A DNA stretch of 64,000 nucleotides from Pseudobdellovibrionaceae bacterium (GCA_030591685.1 JAUVAX010000002.1:1-64000), one strand, 5' to 3'; positions 10,710-20,666 are shown, counted from the stretch's first letter. Made by a program: numbers and translations. Notes: a model not told the origin generated them from the sequence alone.

Positions 10710-10735
10710 GGCTTCGTTATTGAAGCCTTATTTTT
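10702..10735. terminator. Bidirectional intrinsic terminator between convergent lgt and nrdB
   Basis: AAAAATAAGGCTTC-gttatt-GAAGCCTTATTTTT perfect inverted repeat. Confidence 0.85.
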
Positions 10736-10768
10736 GATAATAAATCTTTTTACAAATCTAAAAATAAA

Positions 10769-11767
10769 TTAAAAGCTTTCATCAAAGCTCACGTCCCCAG
10801 AGACGCCGATTTGATAAGCTGAAACTCGGCGTTCAAAAAAGTTAGTGAGCTCTTGGGTGTCTTGTAGGTCCATAAAATCAAATGGGTTTTTCTTGTTGTG
10901 CATAGGCATAATACCTAAACGCTCAAGGCGTAAATCCCCGATATACTGTAAATACGTTCGCATATCTTTTTCAGACAGCCCGGCAAAACCATGGGCTAAA
11001 ATATCTTGTGCAAATTCCATCTCACACTCTATGGCTTCGCTGATCATGACTTTGATCATTTCTTTCATTCGATCATCTAATAAGTCGGGCTCTTCGCGGA
11101 TGGCTGTTTCAGCTACCGAAAAAGCAAACTCTATGTGGCAGCTTTCATCTCGAAACACCCAGTTCGTCCCTGAGGCCAGGCCATTTAAGAGCCCCTTTGA
11201 CCTTAAAAAATAAACATAAGCAAAGGCGGCAAAAAAGAAAAGCCCTTCGATGGCACCAGCAAAGCATAAAAGGTTTAGTAAAAACTTTCTTCGGTCCTCT
11301 TTGGTCTCTAATCTTTCGAGATTGTTAATGGAGTCGATCCATTTAAATGCAAAATCACCCTTTTTTGCGATAGAGGGGATATTGTGAATGGCTGCGAAGG
11401 CCTTTTCACGCTCCTTCATATCGGGTATGTAATTGTCCAGAAGGGTGAGGTAAAATTGCACATGTAACGCCTCTTCGTAAAGTTGTCGTGAAAGATAAAG
11501 CCGGGCCTCGGGGGAGTTGATGTGCTTATAGAGGTTAATCACTAAGTTGTTGCCAACAATAGAGTCTCCTGTGGCAAAAAAAGCGACAAGCCTATGGATT
11601 AAAAACTTTTCGGCCGTACTTAATTTGTTATTTAGATCGGCTAAGTCTGAGGTGAAATCAATTTCGTCAACGGTCCATGTGTTTTTAATGGCATCTTTAT
11701 ACATATCGTAATAGTCAGGGTATTTCATAGGTCGTAAAGTAAGGTCAAATCCAGGGCTAAGTATCAT
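10769..11767 (-). CDS. nrdB: Class Ia ribonucleotide reductase small (beta) subunit
   Basis: FFATGD (Asp ligand), EEALHVQFY (radical Tyr), EGLFF, RDESCH and C-terminal NFFERRVSAY. Confidence 0.95.
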   Translation of the reverse strand: MILSPGFDLTLRPMKYPDYYDMYKDAIKNTWTVDEIDFTSDLADLNNKLSTAEKFLIHRLVAFFATGDSIVGNNLVINLYKHINSPEARLYLSRQLYEEALHVQFYLTLLDNYIPDMKEREKAFAAIHNIPSIAKKGDFAFKWIDSINNLERLETKEDRRKFLLNLLCFAGAIEGLFFFAAFAYVYFLRSKGLLNGLASGTNWVFRDESCHIEFAFSVAETAIREEPDLLDDRMKEMIKVMISEAIECEMEFAQDILAHGFAGLSEKDMRTYLQYIGDLRLERLGIMPMHNKKNPFDFMDLQDTQELTNFFERRVSAYQIGVSGDVSFDESF

Positions 11768-11811
11768 GTGTTCTCCAAGAGGTGGTGTTAACAGTATGTT
11801 TTTTAATGATT

Positions 11812-11846
11812 AAAAAAAAGTAAAGAGCGAGGGCCTACCCTCGCTC
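11812..11846 (-). terminator. GC-rich hairpin with U-rich tail between nrdA and nrdB
   Basis: GAGCGAGGG-ccta-CCCTCGCTC 9-bp stem (11825-11846), followed on the minus strand by TTTACTTTTTTTT. Confidence 0.55.
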
Positions 11847-11864
11847 GAGTGAAAGGGGCTCGTA

Positions 11865-14306
11865 TTATTGGCAGGCCTCACATTCTTCAGGGTTTTCAAG
11901 TGAACAGGCCAAGGCCTCCTCATCTGTGTAATTTTTGGGTGCTGATGGGCTGCCAGACACTGTAACTTTAGCAATTTTTGTCGCCGGGCGAGACCTTAAA
12001 TAGTAGGTTGTTTTAATGCCCTTCTTCCAGGCATACATATACATACTTGAAAGTTTGCCAATAGTGGGGCTTTCGATAAATAAATTGAGTGACTGGGACT
12101 GGTCTATAAAAGCACCGCGACCGGCGGCCATATCAATTAAAGATTTTTGCGGAAGCTCCCATACGGTTCTGTAGATCTCTTTTAAATCAGCAGGGATTTC
12201 TTGGATATCTTGAATGGAGCCTTCACTGGTTTTAATTTTATCACGAATGGCCTCTGTCCAAAGGCCACGACCTTTAAGGTCCTCAACGAGATATTTGTTC
12301 ACCTGAATAAACTCACCGCTTAAGGTTTCACGTTTAAAAAAGTTAGATAACTGGGGCTCTGTGGCCTCATAAACACCTGTTATAGAGGCAATGGTAGCCG
12401 TGGGGGCAATGGCAATCATGAGTGAGTTTCTAAGCCCGTACTGTTTGATCTCACGTCTTAAATGTTCCCACCTTTCGATGTCTTCAGGTACAACGCCCCA
12501 GCTGTCAAACTGCAACTCGCCTTGGGCAGCACGGGTCTCTTTAAATGCGTTATGTGCTCCGTGAGTTTTTGCCAGTTCCACAGAGGCTTTAAGGGAGTGG
12601 TAGTAAATTTCTTCTTGAATTTTAGCACTTAATTTTTGAGCCTCGGGGCTATCAAAGGGGATTTTCATTTTAAAAAACACATCTTGCAGGCCCATGATCC
12701 CAAGGCCAACAGGTCTCCAGCGGCTGTTAGAGTCGGCAGCGGTGTTGATGGGGTAAAAATTAATATCGATCACTCGATCTAAGTACTTGATGGCGGTTCG
12801 CACGGTGTGTTCGAGTTTTTTAAAATTAAAGGTCCCGTTTTCAAAGTGATTACTGAGGTTAACAGAGCCCAGGTTACACACGGCCGTTTCGTTATCAGAG
12901 GTGACCTCTAATATTTCGGTACATAGATTTGATAAATGGATGACGTTATTTTTTTTACCCGTCTGGTTGGCTTTATTGTTACAAGAATCTTTAAAGGTCA
13001 TCCACCCGTTGCCGGTTTGAGCTAGAGTTTTCATCATTCGACTATAAAGGTCACGAGCACTCACTTGCTTTTGATAGAGGTTATTTTTTTCAGCATCTAA
13101 GTAGATAGTTTCAAATTCGTCGCCGAAAGTATCAATAAAGGCGGGGACTGTTTTAGGGTCAAATAAAGACCACTTTTCGTCGGACTCCACTCTTTTCATA
13201 AATAAATCAGGGACCCAGTTGGAAAGGTTTAAATTGTGAGTGCGTTGGGCTTCGTCGCCAGTGTTATCTCTGAGTTGTAGGAACTCCTCAATATCAGCGT
13301 GCCAGGTTTCTAAGTAGATACAGGCCGCTCCCTTGCGCCGGCCACCTTGGTTAACAGCCTGAACTGAAGAATCAAGAGTTTTTAACCATGGAACAAGCCC
13401 ATTAGAGTGACCATTGGTCCCTTTTATTAAAGACCCTCTGGAGCGCACGCGAGAAAAACTAACTCCAATGCCTCCGGCGTATTTTGAGAGAAGGGCAATA
13501 TCTTTATACTTATCATAAATGCTAGAGAGGTCGTCTAAGGGAGAGTCTAATAAATAACATGATGATAGTTGAGGCCTATTGGTGGCCGAATTAAAAAGTG
13601 TTGGGGAGCTCGACATAAAGCTTTGGCTCGAAACAAGGTCATAGTACTCCTTAGCTTCTTGAAAGTTATTGGCTAAACCACAAGCGACTCTTAAAAAGAA
13701 ATATTGTGGGGTTTCAATGACATGTCGAGTTTCTGGATGCTTCAAGAGGTAACGATCATAAACAGTTTTAATACCAAAGTATTCAAACTTATGAGTTCTC
13801 GTTTTATCAACAATAATATTTAGGGCCTCTTTGTTATCAATAACAAAATCAAGCTTTTCATCAGAGATGAGGCCCAGTTTATGGCCCACGCGAACTGAGT
13901 CTAAAAAGCAGTGAATGCCCTCTGTTCGGACCTCCTCTTCAATAAATCGAGCCAATAGGCGGGCCGCAAGTTTAGAATACTCGGGCTCCTCTGTGATGAG
14001 CATGGATGCGGTTCGGATGCACAGCTCATCAAGCTCCTTAGTTGTGGCCCCATCATAGAGGCCGCTAATGGCCTTAGAGGCCACCCGCATAGGGTCTACT
14101 TCAGGCAGCCCTGTCGAACAGGCCAGAGCCACATTAACTATTTTATTAACATCAACAGGGTGTAGGCTGCCATCGCGTTTTTTAACTCGCATTACTTTGT
14201 GGCCCGACTCATTGTCGACGTCATGATTTTGAGTTTCCTGAGCCAGGGGGGTGCCTGTAGCTATTGTTTGTACTGGGTTTTGATGTGGATCTGTCCTTGT
14301 TTCCAT
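11865..14306 (-). CDS. nrdA: Class Ia ribonucleotide reductase large (alpha) subunit with ATP-cone
   Basis: VKKRDG ATP-cone, SSPTLFN, LSSCYL, SNLCTEI, AVCNLGS, IAPTA, KTTYYLR and C-terminal CEACQ. Confidence 0.97.
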   Translation of the reverse strand: METRTDPHQNPVQTIATGTPLAQETQNHDVDNESGHKVMRVKKRDGSLHPVDVNKIVNVALACSTGLPEVDPMRVASKAISGLYDGATTKELDELCIRTASMLITEEPEYSKLAARLLARFIEEEVRTEGIHCFLDSVRVGHKLGLISDEKLDFVIDNKEALNIIVDKTRTHKFEYFGIKTVYDRYLLKHPETRHVIETPQYFFLRVACGLANNFQEAKEYYDLVSSQSFMSSSPTLFNSATNRPQLSSCYLLDSPLDDLSSIYDKYKDIALLSKYAGGIGVSFSRVRSRGSLIKGTNGHSNGLVPWLKTLDSSVQAVNQGGRRKGAACIYLETWHADIEEFLQLRDNTGDEAQRTHNLNLSNWVPDLFMKRVESDEKWSLFDPKTVPAFIDTFGDEFETIYLDAEKNNLYQKQVSARDLYSRMMKTLAQTGNGWMTFKDSCNNKANQTGKKNNVIHLSNLCTEILEVTSDNETAVCNLGSVNLSNHFENGTFNFKKLEHTVRTAIKYLDRVIDINFYPINTAADSNSRWRPVGLGIMGLQDVFFKMKIPFDSPEAQKLSAKIQEEIYYHSLKASVELAKTHGAHNAFKETRAAQGELQFDSWGVVPEDIERWEHLRREIKQYGLRNSLMIAIAPTATIASITGVYEATEPQLSNFFKRETLSGEFIQVNKYLVEDLKGRGLWTEAIRDKIKTSEGSIQDIQEIPADLKEIYRTVWELPQKSLIDMAAGRGAFIDQSQSLNLFIESPTIGKLSSMYMYAWKKGIKTTYYLRSRPATKIAKVTVSGSPSAPKNYTDEEALACSLENPEECEACQ

Positions 14307-14587
14307 TTTGTCTCCTGGTCCATGAATTAATAATCGCTAAAAGTTTAAATATGAGAATACAGTCTCTCTTCATAGCATTTTAAAATGTTATGAACTGTAG
14401 GCTCTTAATAAGTTGTTTTTACTCAGTTAAGAAAGCTTTTTAATTAGGGCTTCCCTCCTTGGTATTCACTTTTTGCACGTCCGTTATGCAAAGACTTTAA
14501 ATTTTTTAGTTGGAGACCAATGCTTAAGTATAAACACTTAAGAGGTCCTCAAAAAAAAGGGGGCTAAAGTCGGGCCACCCTTTGTGC

Positions 14588-14603
14588 CTACGATATGTAG
14601 TGC
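14588..14603. promoter_or_regulatory. NrdR-box-like operator
   Basis: CTACGATATGTAGTGC matches the idealised palindrome ACACTATATATAGTGT at 11/16; a weaker copy lies 31 bp away (14619-14634); upstream of nrdAB. Confidence 0.55.
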
Positions 14604-14639
14604 TTTAAAAACATAAAACAGCTGCATGTCGTTACAAGA

Positions 14640-14668
14640 AGGATAGGAGACCTCTAAATTTCTGTCAA
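14640..14668 (-). promoter_or_regulatory. Sigma70-type promoter of nrdAB
   Basis: Minus strand TTGACA-N17-TATCCT. Confidence 0.6.
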
Positions 14669-15138
14669 TGGCATTTACATAAATGAATTAAAAATTTTCT
14701 TAAAAAGACTTTTATATCCTTTTATCAAGTGCTGATACGGACTTAACAAATGTCCACGAGTGTTAAGAGCTGTAGTCTGCAACATAATTTTTTAAAATGC
14801 CCCCATGAAGATGCGCAAAGAATAGGCTTTGTAAATTAAGATGATGTAAGGAGTGCTTGAGTGAGACGCCCTCTTTGCCTATAGGTATAAACGCCGTTTT
14901 AAAAAAGTTTAATCTTAGCAGCACAGGGCCCATGAAAGCCTTAAAATATTGCAAAAAATGCCGGTTACCTTTTGCTTAACGAGGGCATTAGTGTATATTT
15001 CGGCCTGTAAATAGTTCATGGGTTCAACAGAAAATTGTTACTCATATTCGTATTTTTCATATAAGGGGGGGGGGTTGCTGTTTTACAGGAATTTTAACTT
15101 GTAATTACAGCACGTTAGAAACTAAACTGCAGCGTTTT

Positions 15139-15155
15139 TTGGCTTGATTACTGCA
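15139..15155 (+). promoter_or_regulatory. Putative sigma54 promoter
   Basis: TTGGCTTGATTACTGCA, GG-N10-GC spacing, about 30 nt before the 15186 start. Confidence 0.5.
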
Positions 15156-15185
15156 CCTTGGTTATTGACTTGATAAAGGGATGTT

Positions 15186-16625
15186 TTGTTGATTCAGAGT
15201 AAGTTAAAAAGGTTTATTATAAGTTTTAATATAGCAATGGCATCGTTGAGTGTTTCTGTTTGTGCTATGGCTGCAGTTTCTCACCAGCCGTTGAATCAGC
15301 TTATGGAGTTTTCTCAAACGACGTCCACTGTCGATGAGGGGACGGGTGTGAGTTATCTACTCGCAGGGGTTTCATTTTTTACGGGTCAAAAAGTAGAAGG
15401 CACTCACTCTTTAAGGCAATCAGAAATTAATTTTTTGTATTCTAAAGCATCAGAAAAGGGCTGGAACTTTGATGCGGGTTTTATCTATACCAATGAGTCT
15501 GAGAGCTTACCTTACCCCAATGTCCAGCAAGCCTATTATAAGATGGGTCAAGACAAGTCTCGAGTAGAGTGGGGGCTTGGTCGCAAGCTTGAGAACTGGA
15601 GCTTATTTGATCGAACTTGGCAAATGGGGTTGTGGCAACCTAATGTTGCGACAAACCTAATGCGCCCCTATGAGCAAGGCTTAACAGGTTTGTTTGTGGA
15701 CTTTAAAACTGACGCGTTTAAATTCACAGGTTTTTTATCCCCCATTTTTGTACCCACATTTGGACCTCAGTTTAAAGTTAAAGAGGGGCAGCTGCTGAGC
15801 TCGAACAGGTGGTTTCAAAGTCCGATATCTAGAGTTCAAATAAAAGACGTTGATGTGGATGTTTCTTACGATATTAAAACCCCAAAAGTTATGGATGTTG
15901 TAAATAATATGAGTGTGGCATTTAAGGGGCTTTGGGGGGCTAAAAGGGGGCCTTTTGCTCAGGTAGCCATGGCCTTTAAACCGATGAATGCTTTACACGT
16001 TCAGTTTAAGAGACCCAGCATAATACTAGATGAGAACGATGAGCTCATTGCCCCCATAGTTATTTACCCAAAAGTAGTCATGCACAGCGTGACCACTTTA
16101 GAGTTAGGCTGGAAAAGTCGTCGGTTTAACAGCTGGATGAGCATTAGTGATGAAAGGCCTTCAGAGCCAGAGCTAGAGGCCGACATGAACCAGCCTAAAA
16201 TTGTTAAAAATCAATTTTTTGCCATTCACCTAGAGCACGACTTGAAACTCATAGGTCAGCAGACTTGGCAGATGCAGTGGGGGGCCTTTAAGCGGGTAGA
16301 CAACATTGCTGTGAGCGAAGTTATAGATGATGATTTAAATGTTGATTTTTCAGAGCTAAGATACCCCTACTCCGAAGCTGTAATGGTAGGGATTAATATG
16401 GACCTGCATTTAGGTTGGCCTGTTAAAGTGAGTGCTAAGCTCACGCACTCCCCTTCTAACAGTGGTACGGCATTGACGGCTGATATTCAAACTATAACTC
16501 CGGCCGGGTACGGCCTTATCTTATCTATGGACGTGATTGGGGCCGAGGATCAAGAGTCAGAAAGCTTTTTTAATCGCTACCGTAATAACGATCGTTTTTT
16601 TGGAGGCATAAGTTATGTCTTTTAA
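15186..16625 (+). CDS. Putative outer-membrane beta-barrel protein
   Basis: Signal-peptide-like N-terminus, amphipathic beta pattern, C-terminal beta-signal-like GGISYVF. Confidence 0.65.
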   Translation: MLIQSKLKRFIISFNIAMASLSVSVCAMAAVSHQPLNQLMEFSQTTSTVDEGTGVSYLLAGVSFFTGQKVEGTHSLRQSEINFLYSKASEKGWNFDAGFIYTNESESLPYPNVQQAYYKMGQDKSRVEWGLGRKLENWSLFDRTWQMGLWQPNVATNLMRPYEQGLTGLFVDFKTDAFKFTGFLSPIFVPTFGPQFKVKEGQLLSSNRWFQSPISRVQIKDVDVDVSYDIKTPKVMDVVNNMSVAFKGLWGAKRGPFAQVAMAFKPMNALHVQFKRPSIILDENDELIAPIVIYPKVVMHSVTTLELGWKSRRFNSWMSISDERPSEPELEADMNQPKIVKNQFFAIHLEHDLKLIGQQTWQMQWGAFKRVDNIAVSEVIDDDLNVDFSELRYPYSEAVMVGINMDLHLGWPVKVSAKLTHSPSNSGTALTADIQTITPAGYGLILSMDVIGAEDQESESFFNRYRNNDRFFGGISYVF

Positions 16626-19365
16626 AGCAAAAGGGTTCTTACTTATCGGTTTAGTTTTTTTGAGCTTAATGATTGCCGCTTGCAGCTTAGACATGGGTGA
16701 AGAGCCATTTGTAGCTAAAATTCCAAAAATTAATAGTGATATTTCATGTATTGATAATGTGGGCCTTAAGTTTGAAAAGTATTTTGAGGGAGAACTTGAC
16801 GCTAATGGGGTCATTGAGTTTTTTAACTGCGCTAAAAATGCAATGAAGACTTTTAAAGACCGAACAGACGGTCGAGACAGTGGGTCTTATACTCCAGAGG
16901 AGTTAAGGCAGTATTTATATAAGTTTTTTATTAAAAACAATACCATTTCAGACAAGCTTCTTGTGGAGGCCATGAAAGTAAAACAGACCATGGTTGGAGG
17001 AAGCCTTTATAAATTGACAAAGGACGAGTTGATACGTGGTATTGAGTTGTTAGATATTATAAAATCAAAAGCATTAATGGCCTTGCCCTACCTTGATATT
17101 TATACCTTTAAAAGGGCCAACCCTGCGAGCACGGCGGGAATAACAAAGAGAATCAATAAAGCTCTTGAGATATTACAAAACATAGCCGGTGACTTTGGCA
17201 AAGAACTTTTAAAAAATAAGCAATCCTATAGCTTTGAATCGTTTAAAGAATTTACACGTGAGTTTAGGCGTTTTTTAAATTGGGATAAGCATGATTATAC
17301 AAGTGAAAAGTTTCACAGCTTAGACAACTGGATTGAACTGGCAAAGTCTTTTAAAAACTTAGCTTTTAGTAGCAATGCTATGAAGGTTCAAGCCTCTGAG
17401 TGGCCTCCTTTTTTAAGCCAATCTATGGGTTGGTTTGGTATTGTATTAAGGTTTAAGTATACCGTTAGAAATTGGGACCTATTGATAGGTAAAGGGCTTT
17501 CAAACCTTAATTTATTTGTTGAAGAGTCGTTGTTGTTGTTAAAAAAATTGCTCATTCATAGAGAAAATCCCTATGTTGAATTTCACAATATTAATGTATT
17601 TGCTTATGCTTTAGAGAGACTGGAGTTAATGCCTTTTGATATTCAAGCTTCGACGATAGAGTCTATTATCCCAGAGTACATAAAAAGAGGATTTATTGAT
17701 ATTGACAAGCCCTTAAAGGAGAGAGTGGCAAAGGGTTTGAATTTAGAAGCGATTAATAATATTGAGTATGAATACAACTTATGGGCTTCAGTGCAAAATA
17801 TCTTGATTGAAAACAGAAACAAAGAGGGCAATGTTGAATTTCCAGCAAAGAACTTACTCGTAGATGTGAATGCTTGCGCAAACAAAAGGGTGCCGACAAG
17901 ATATGTGACAGCAGAGTGTGAGTTGGCAAGACTCATTGCTGAACGACCGATGTTTAAGGAGGGCTATAGTACGGCCTACCTTATACAGGGTAGTTTAATG
18001 GGGGATGGCTATAATTTTGTTAACTTATCAATGCTAAATGTGGTTCGTATTGCGGTACGAACTTTAATACTTACTTTCGGCAACTATGATACCGAGGCTG
18101 ACAGAAATAGAACCTTTAGCCAAAAAGGGGTCACCGAAGAGGAGCTTGAAAAGTTTTATGTCACGAGTAAACTTTTGGGTGTGGATCTTAAATTTATGGA
18201 CCCGATGGGTAAAAACGTAGGCCGAAGGTCTTTTAAAGAGGGCAAGCTTTTTACATATGCCGGCCGAGGCATTGGTAAAAACAACCCTGGTAGTTTAATT
18301 AACTATTCAGAGTTAACTCAGTTAGCGAGCTTATTATACTCTGGTGGTAACATTGGTACGACGGCCTTTGACCAGATGTTAGCGGAGGTTTGCCCTGACT
18401 CTGGAGTTTCTGATGTGTTTGGCGAGCCCACTATGTACTACACATGTTTTCAGAGGGAGTTTGGTGGTTATTTTAAACAGCAATTTCAAACCCTGCCGGG
18501 AATGAGTGAGTACTTAGGGCAAATGTCTATAATTGAGTACGACCAGTTTATTAAATTCTTTTACTTAAACTCTTTTGGGAAGCGCTTTGATAATGTCCAT
18601 GTGGAGTATTCTGATTTTACTTTTATGTTCACGATTATGCATTATATTGAAGCCACAATGACACATTTTGACTCTGAGCCCATGGATGGGGTCATTACTT
18701 TTTCTGAGGCCGACAAAGCCTTTCAGCGATTTAGGACCTTGTTTGAATCATTGGCGCCATCAACTCAAAAGGCTCAGGACTATTTAGTGGGGCAATTTGT
18801 TGGTATGACTCTTCAAACAAACAAAATTGTTAATCAGGCCTCGACAGCTATAGACAATACACTTAAAGACTTTACCGAGTTTTTTAATGAACTCTTTAAT
18901 ACTCAGTTTGGTGTAGTGAGCACAAAGGAATTTGACGCTTCAACTATGAACTTTCAACTTGAAAGCACGGAACCTTTAGTTCAAAAGGATATCGAAGTTT
19001 CGGATCAAAAATTATTAGACTTGAGTGAGGAAAGAAAACTCATAGAGGAGAATAAAGAAATCATTCAATCAAAGGGCTTTGAGGATGAAATGATAAAAGT
19101 GGGGTTCTTTTTAGCTTTGATTAATGGTGAAATGCCGGGGGCAACAAGAGTACTGTACGAAACTATTAGAAAAAAAATGGGTCTCGGGTATAGCTCAAAA
19201 ATTAAAAACCTTAAAGTGGATCGAAGAAAGTTAGTTCGAGTGTTTATGATGATTGTGAATTTTTTGACAAAAAATGGCTCTGATGAAGAGAACCCTCCGA
19301 CCAATGAGTGGCCCTACGAACCTCCTGTCGAACGAGATTTTCGTAACGAAGGGGCTAAAAAATAA
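16615..19365 (+). CDS. Large hypothetical lipoprotein
   Basis: Lipobox-like IAAC after a hydrophobic stretch; 916 aa, helical; overlaps the upstream gene by 11 nt. Confidence 0.7.
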   Translation: MSFKAKGFLLIGLVFLSLMIAACSLDMGEEPFVAKIPKINSDISCIDNVGLKFEKYFEGELDANGVIEFFNCAKNAMKTFKDRTDGRDSGSYTPEELRQYLYKFFIKNNTISDKLLVEAMKVKQTMVGGSLYKLTKDELIRGIELLDIIKSKALMALPYLDIYTFKRANPASTAGITKRINKALEILQNIAGDFGKELLKNKQSYSFESFKEFTREFRRFLNWDKHDYTSEKFHSLDNWIELAKSFKNLAFSSNAMKVQASEWPPFLSQSMGWFGIVLRFKYTVRNWDLLIGKGLSNLNLFVEESLLLLKKLLIHRENPYVEFHNINVFAYALERLELMPFDIQASTIESIIPEYIKRGFIDIDKPLKERVAKGLNLEAINNIEYEYNLWASVQNILIENRNKEGNVEFPAKNLLVDVNACANKRVPTRYVTAECELARLIAERPMFKEGYSTAYLIQGSLMGDGYNFVNLSMLNVVRIAVRTLILTFGNYDTEADRNRTFSQKGVTEEELEKFYVTSKLLGVDLKFMDPMGKNVGRRSFKEGKLFTYAGRGIGKNNPGSLINYSELTQLASLLYSGGNIGTTAFDQMLAEVCPDSGVSDVFGEPTMYYTCFQREFGGYFKQQFQTLPGMSEYLGQMSIIEYDQFIKFFYLNSFGKRFDNVHVEYSDFTFMFTIMHYIEATMTHFDSEPMDGVITFSEADKAFQRFRTLFESLAPSTQKAQDYLVGQFVGMTLQTNKIVNQASTAIDNTLKDFTEFFNELFNTQFGVVSTKEFDASTMNFQLESTEPLVQKDIEVSDQKLLDLSEERKLIEENKEIIQSKGFEDEMIKVGFFLALINGEMPGATRVLYETIRKKMGLGYSSKIKNLKVDRRKLVRVFMMIVNFLTKNGSDEENPPTNEWPYEPPVERDFRNEGAKK

Positions 19366-19450
19366 TGAGGTGGCTTTTGAGCGCCTGTTTTTGGGGCCCC
19401 TATTGGTCGTAATGAGCGACCAATGTTTAGTCAGCTAAAAAAACTAGTAA

Positions 19451-19463
19451 AATCAAATAGTTA
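19451..19463 (+). promoter_or_regulatory. IHF-binding site (consensus match)
   Basis: AATCAAATAGTTA fits WATCAANNNNTTR exactly; a second variant TTTCAGTCAGTTA at 19558-19570. Confidence 0.5.
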
Positions 19464-19583
19464 GATTTAATCTCCTATTGAGACAGTCTTGTCTGATGTG
19501 AACTCTAAACAGTAGACGGGGCTCATAGGATCTGAGGCGTATAAATTAAATGAGTGATTTCAGTCAGTTAGGCATTTCAAACA

Positions 19584-19600
19584 TCGGCACAAGGCTTGCC
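19584..19600 (+). promoter_or_regulatory. Sigma54 promoter
   Basis: TCGGCACAAGGCTTGCC (GGCAC-N5-TTGC) upstream of the AGGAG RBS and 19630 start. Confidence 0.7.
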
Positions 19601-19629
19601 TTAGAAGATAGGTAAGGAGACCGTTTAAT

Positions 19630-20268
19630 TTGAGAACAATAGCCGATTATAAAAGCATTATATTAGCCTACACCGTTGTGATTATGGCCTTCGTTATTCA
19701 GGCCTGTGGCCGTAACCTGTCCCCTGAGGAGCCGTGTAACTTTGTACAAACAAAGCAGCTGCAAAGAGTCTCGTGGGAGCATAATACGCCTGCAAAGCTC
19801 TATATAGACGAGTCAGTCCCAAGGGAGTATTGGGAAACCATACAAAAATCAGCAGAAGTTTGGAATACATTAGCCCGAAAGACGATTATTGAGGTCTACC
19901 CTAATAGCGGCAGAGCCTCAAATATGGAGGTGGCTGATAACCGATCTATCATATATATGAAAGAGGAGTGGGAGGCCAATAAACCAGAGGAACAGGCCAA
20001 AACTCAGGTGCGCTGGAGAGGGAGCCAAATTATGGAGGCCGATATTTTTTTAAACGGTGCCATTTATGACTTTTCAATTCTAGGTGACACTCCTGATGAC
20101 GGGGTTGATCTAGAGAGTTTAATGATCCATGAGATGGGTCATGTTTTGGGGTTGAATCATTTTAGTGACCCCGAAACAGTCATGTTTAAAACCCTTAAAA
20201 AGGGACAGGAGAGGCGAGACTTTTCAAAAAGCCATGAGGAGTACAACTCTTTAAAATGTGAGTATTGA
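19630..20268 (+). CDS. Matrixin-family (M10-like, metzincin) metalloprotease lipoprotein
   Basis: HEMGHVLGLNH zinc motif, Met-turn TVMF, EADIFLN and lipobox-like IQAC. Confidence 0.9.
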   Translation: MRTIADYKSIILAYTVVIMAFVIQACGRNLSPEEPCNFVQTKQLQRVSWEHNTPAKLYIDESVPREYWETIQKSAEVWNTLARKTIIEVYPNSGRASNMEVADNRSIIYMKEEWEANKPEEQAKTQVRWRGSQIMEADIFLNGAIYDFSILGDTPDDGVDLESLMIHEMGHVLGLNHFSDPETVMFKTLKKGQERRDFSKSHEEYNSLKCEY

Positions 20269-20411
20269 GCCTAAGGCAGGTTTAAAGTGACTCTGGAGCC
20301 TATGAGCGGCGAGTTAAATTTGTAAGATAATTTAAGTATTTAATTAACTCATTCTATGGATAGAATGTATAAACAACCAAACAAAAGGATTTTAGGTTGC
20401 AGGAGAAGAGC

Positions 20412-20666
20412 ATGAGAACAAAGGAACAACAAAACACCCCCTCGATAGCACCACTACAAAGTGTTCGTGAGCCTTTGATGATCCACCATCAAAAAAGAGA
20501 GTATATCGAAGTTCCAGGGTCCTCTTCTGCAGATGTTGATGTGCTGGCTCAATTTAAAGCCAACATAAAACAGCTCGCTGATTCTCAGGCCCGAATGGGG
20601 TTTATGCTCAAAGAAGTTGTAAGCCTCGGTGACCGATCACTTTTTGATACCGAAACGCACTCATAG
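20412..20666 (+). CDS. Small hypothetical protein
   Basis: AGGAG RBS before ATG 20412; C-terminal amphipathic helix. Confidence 0.6.
   Translation: MRTKEQQNTPSIAPLQSVREPLMIHHQKREYIEVPGSSSADVDVLAQFKANIKQLADSQARMGFMLKEVVSLGDRSLFDTETHS

Noticed and set aside
14307..14634. Cobalamin riboswitch upstream of class Ia nrdAB
   Set aside because: AGGGAAG and ACTGTA fragments occur on the sense strand, but the GGTG..AA.TCC T-loop and B12-box arrangement are absent
14763..14954. 63-aa ORF in the nrdA upstream region
   Set aside because: TTG start, no clear RBS and no recognisable motif; probably spurious
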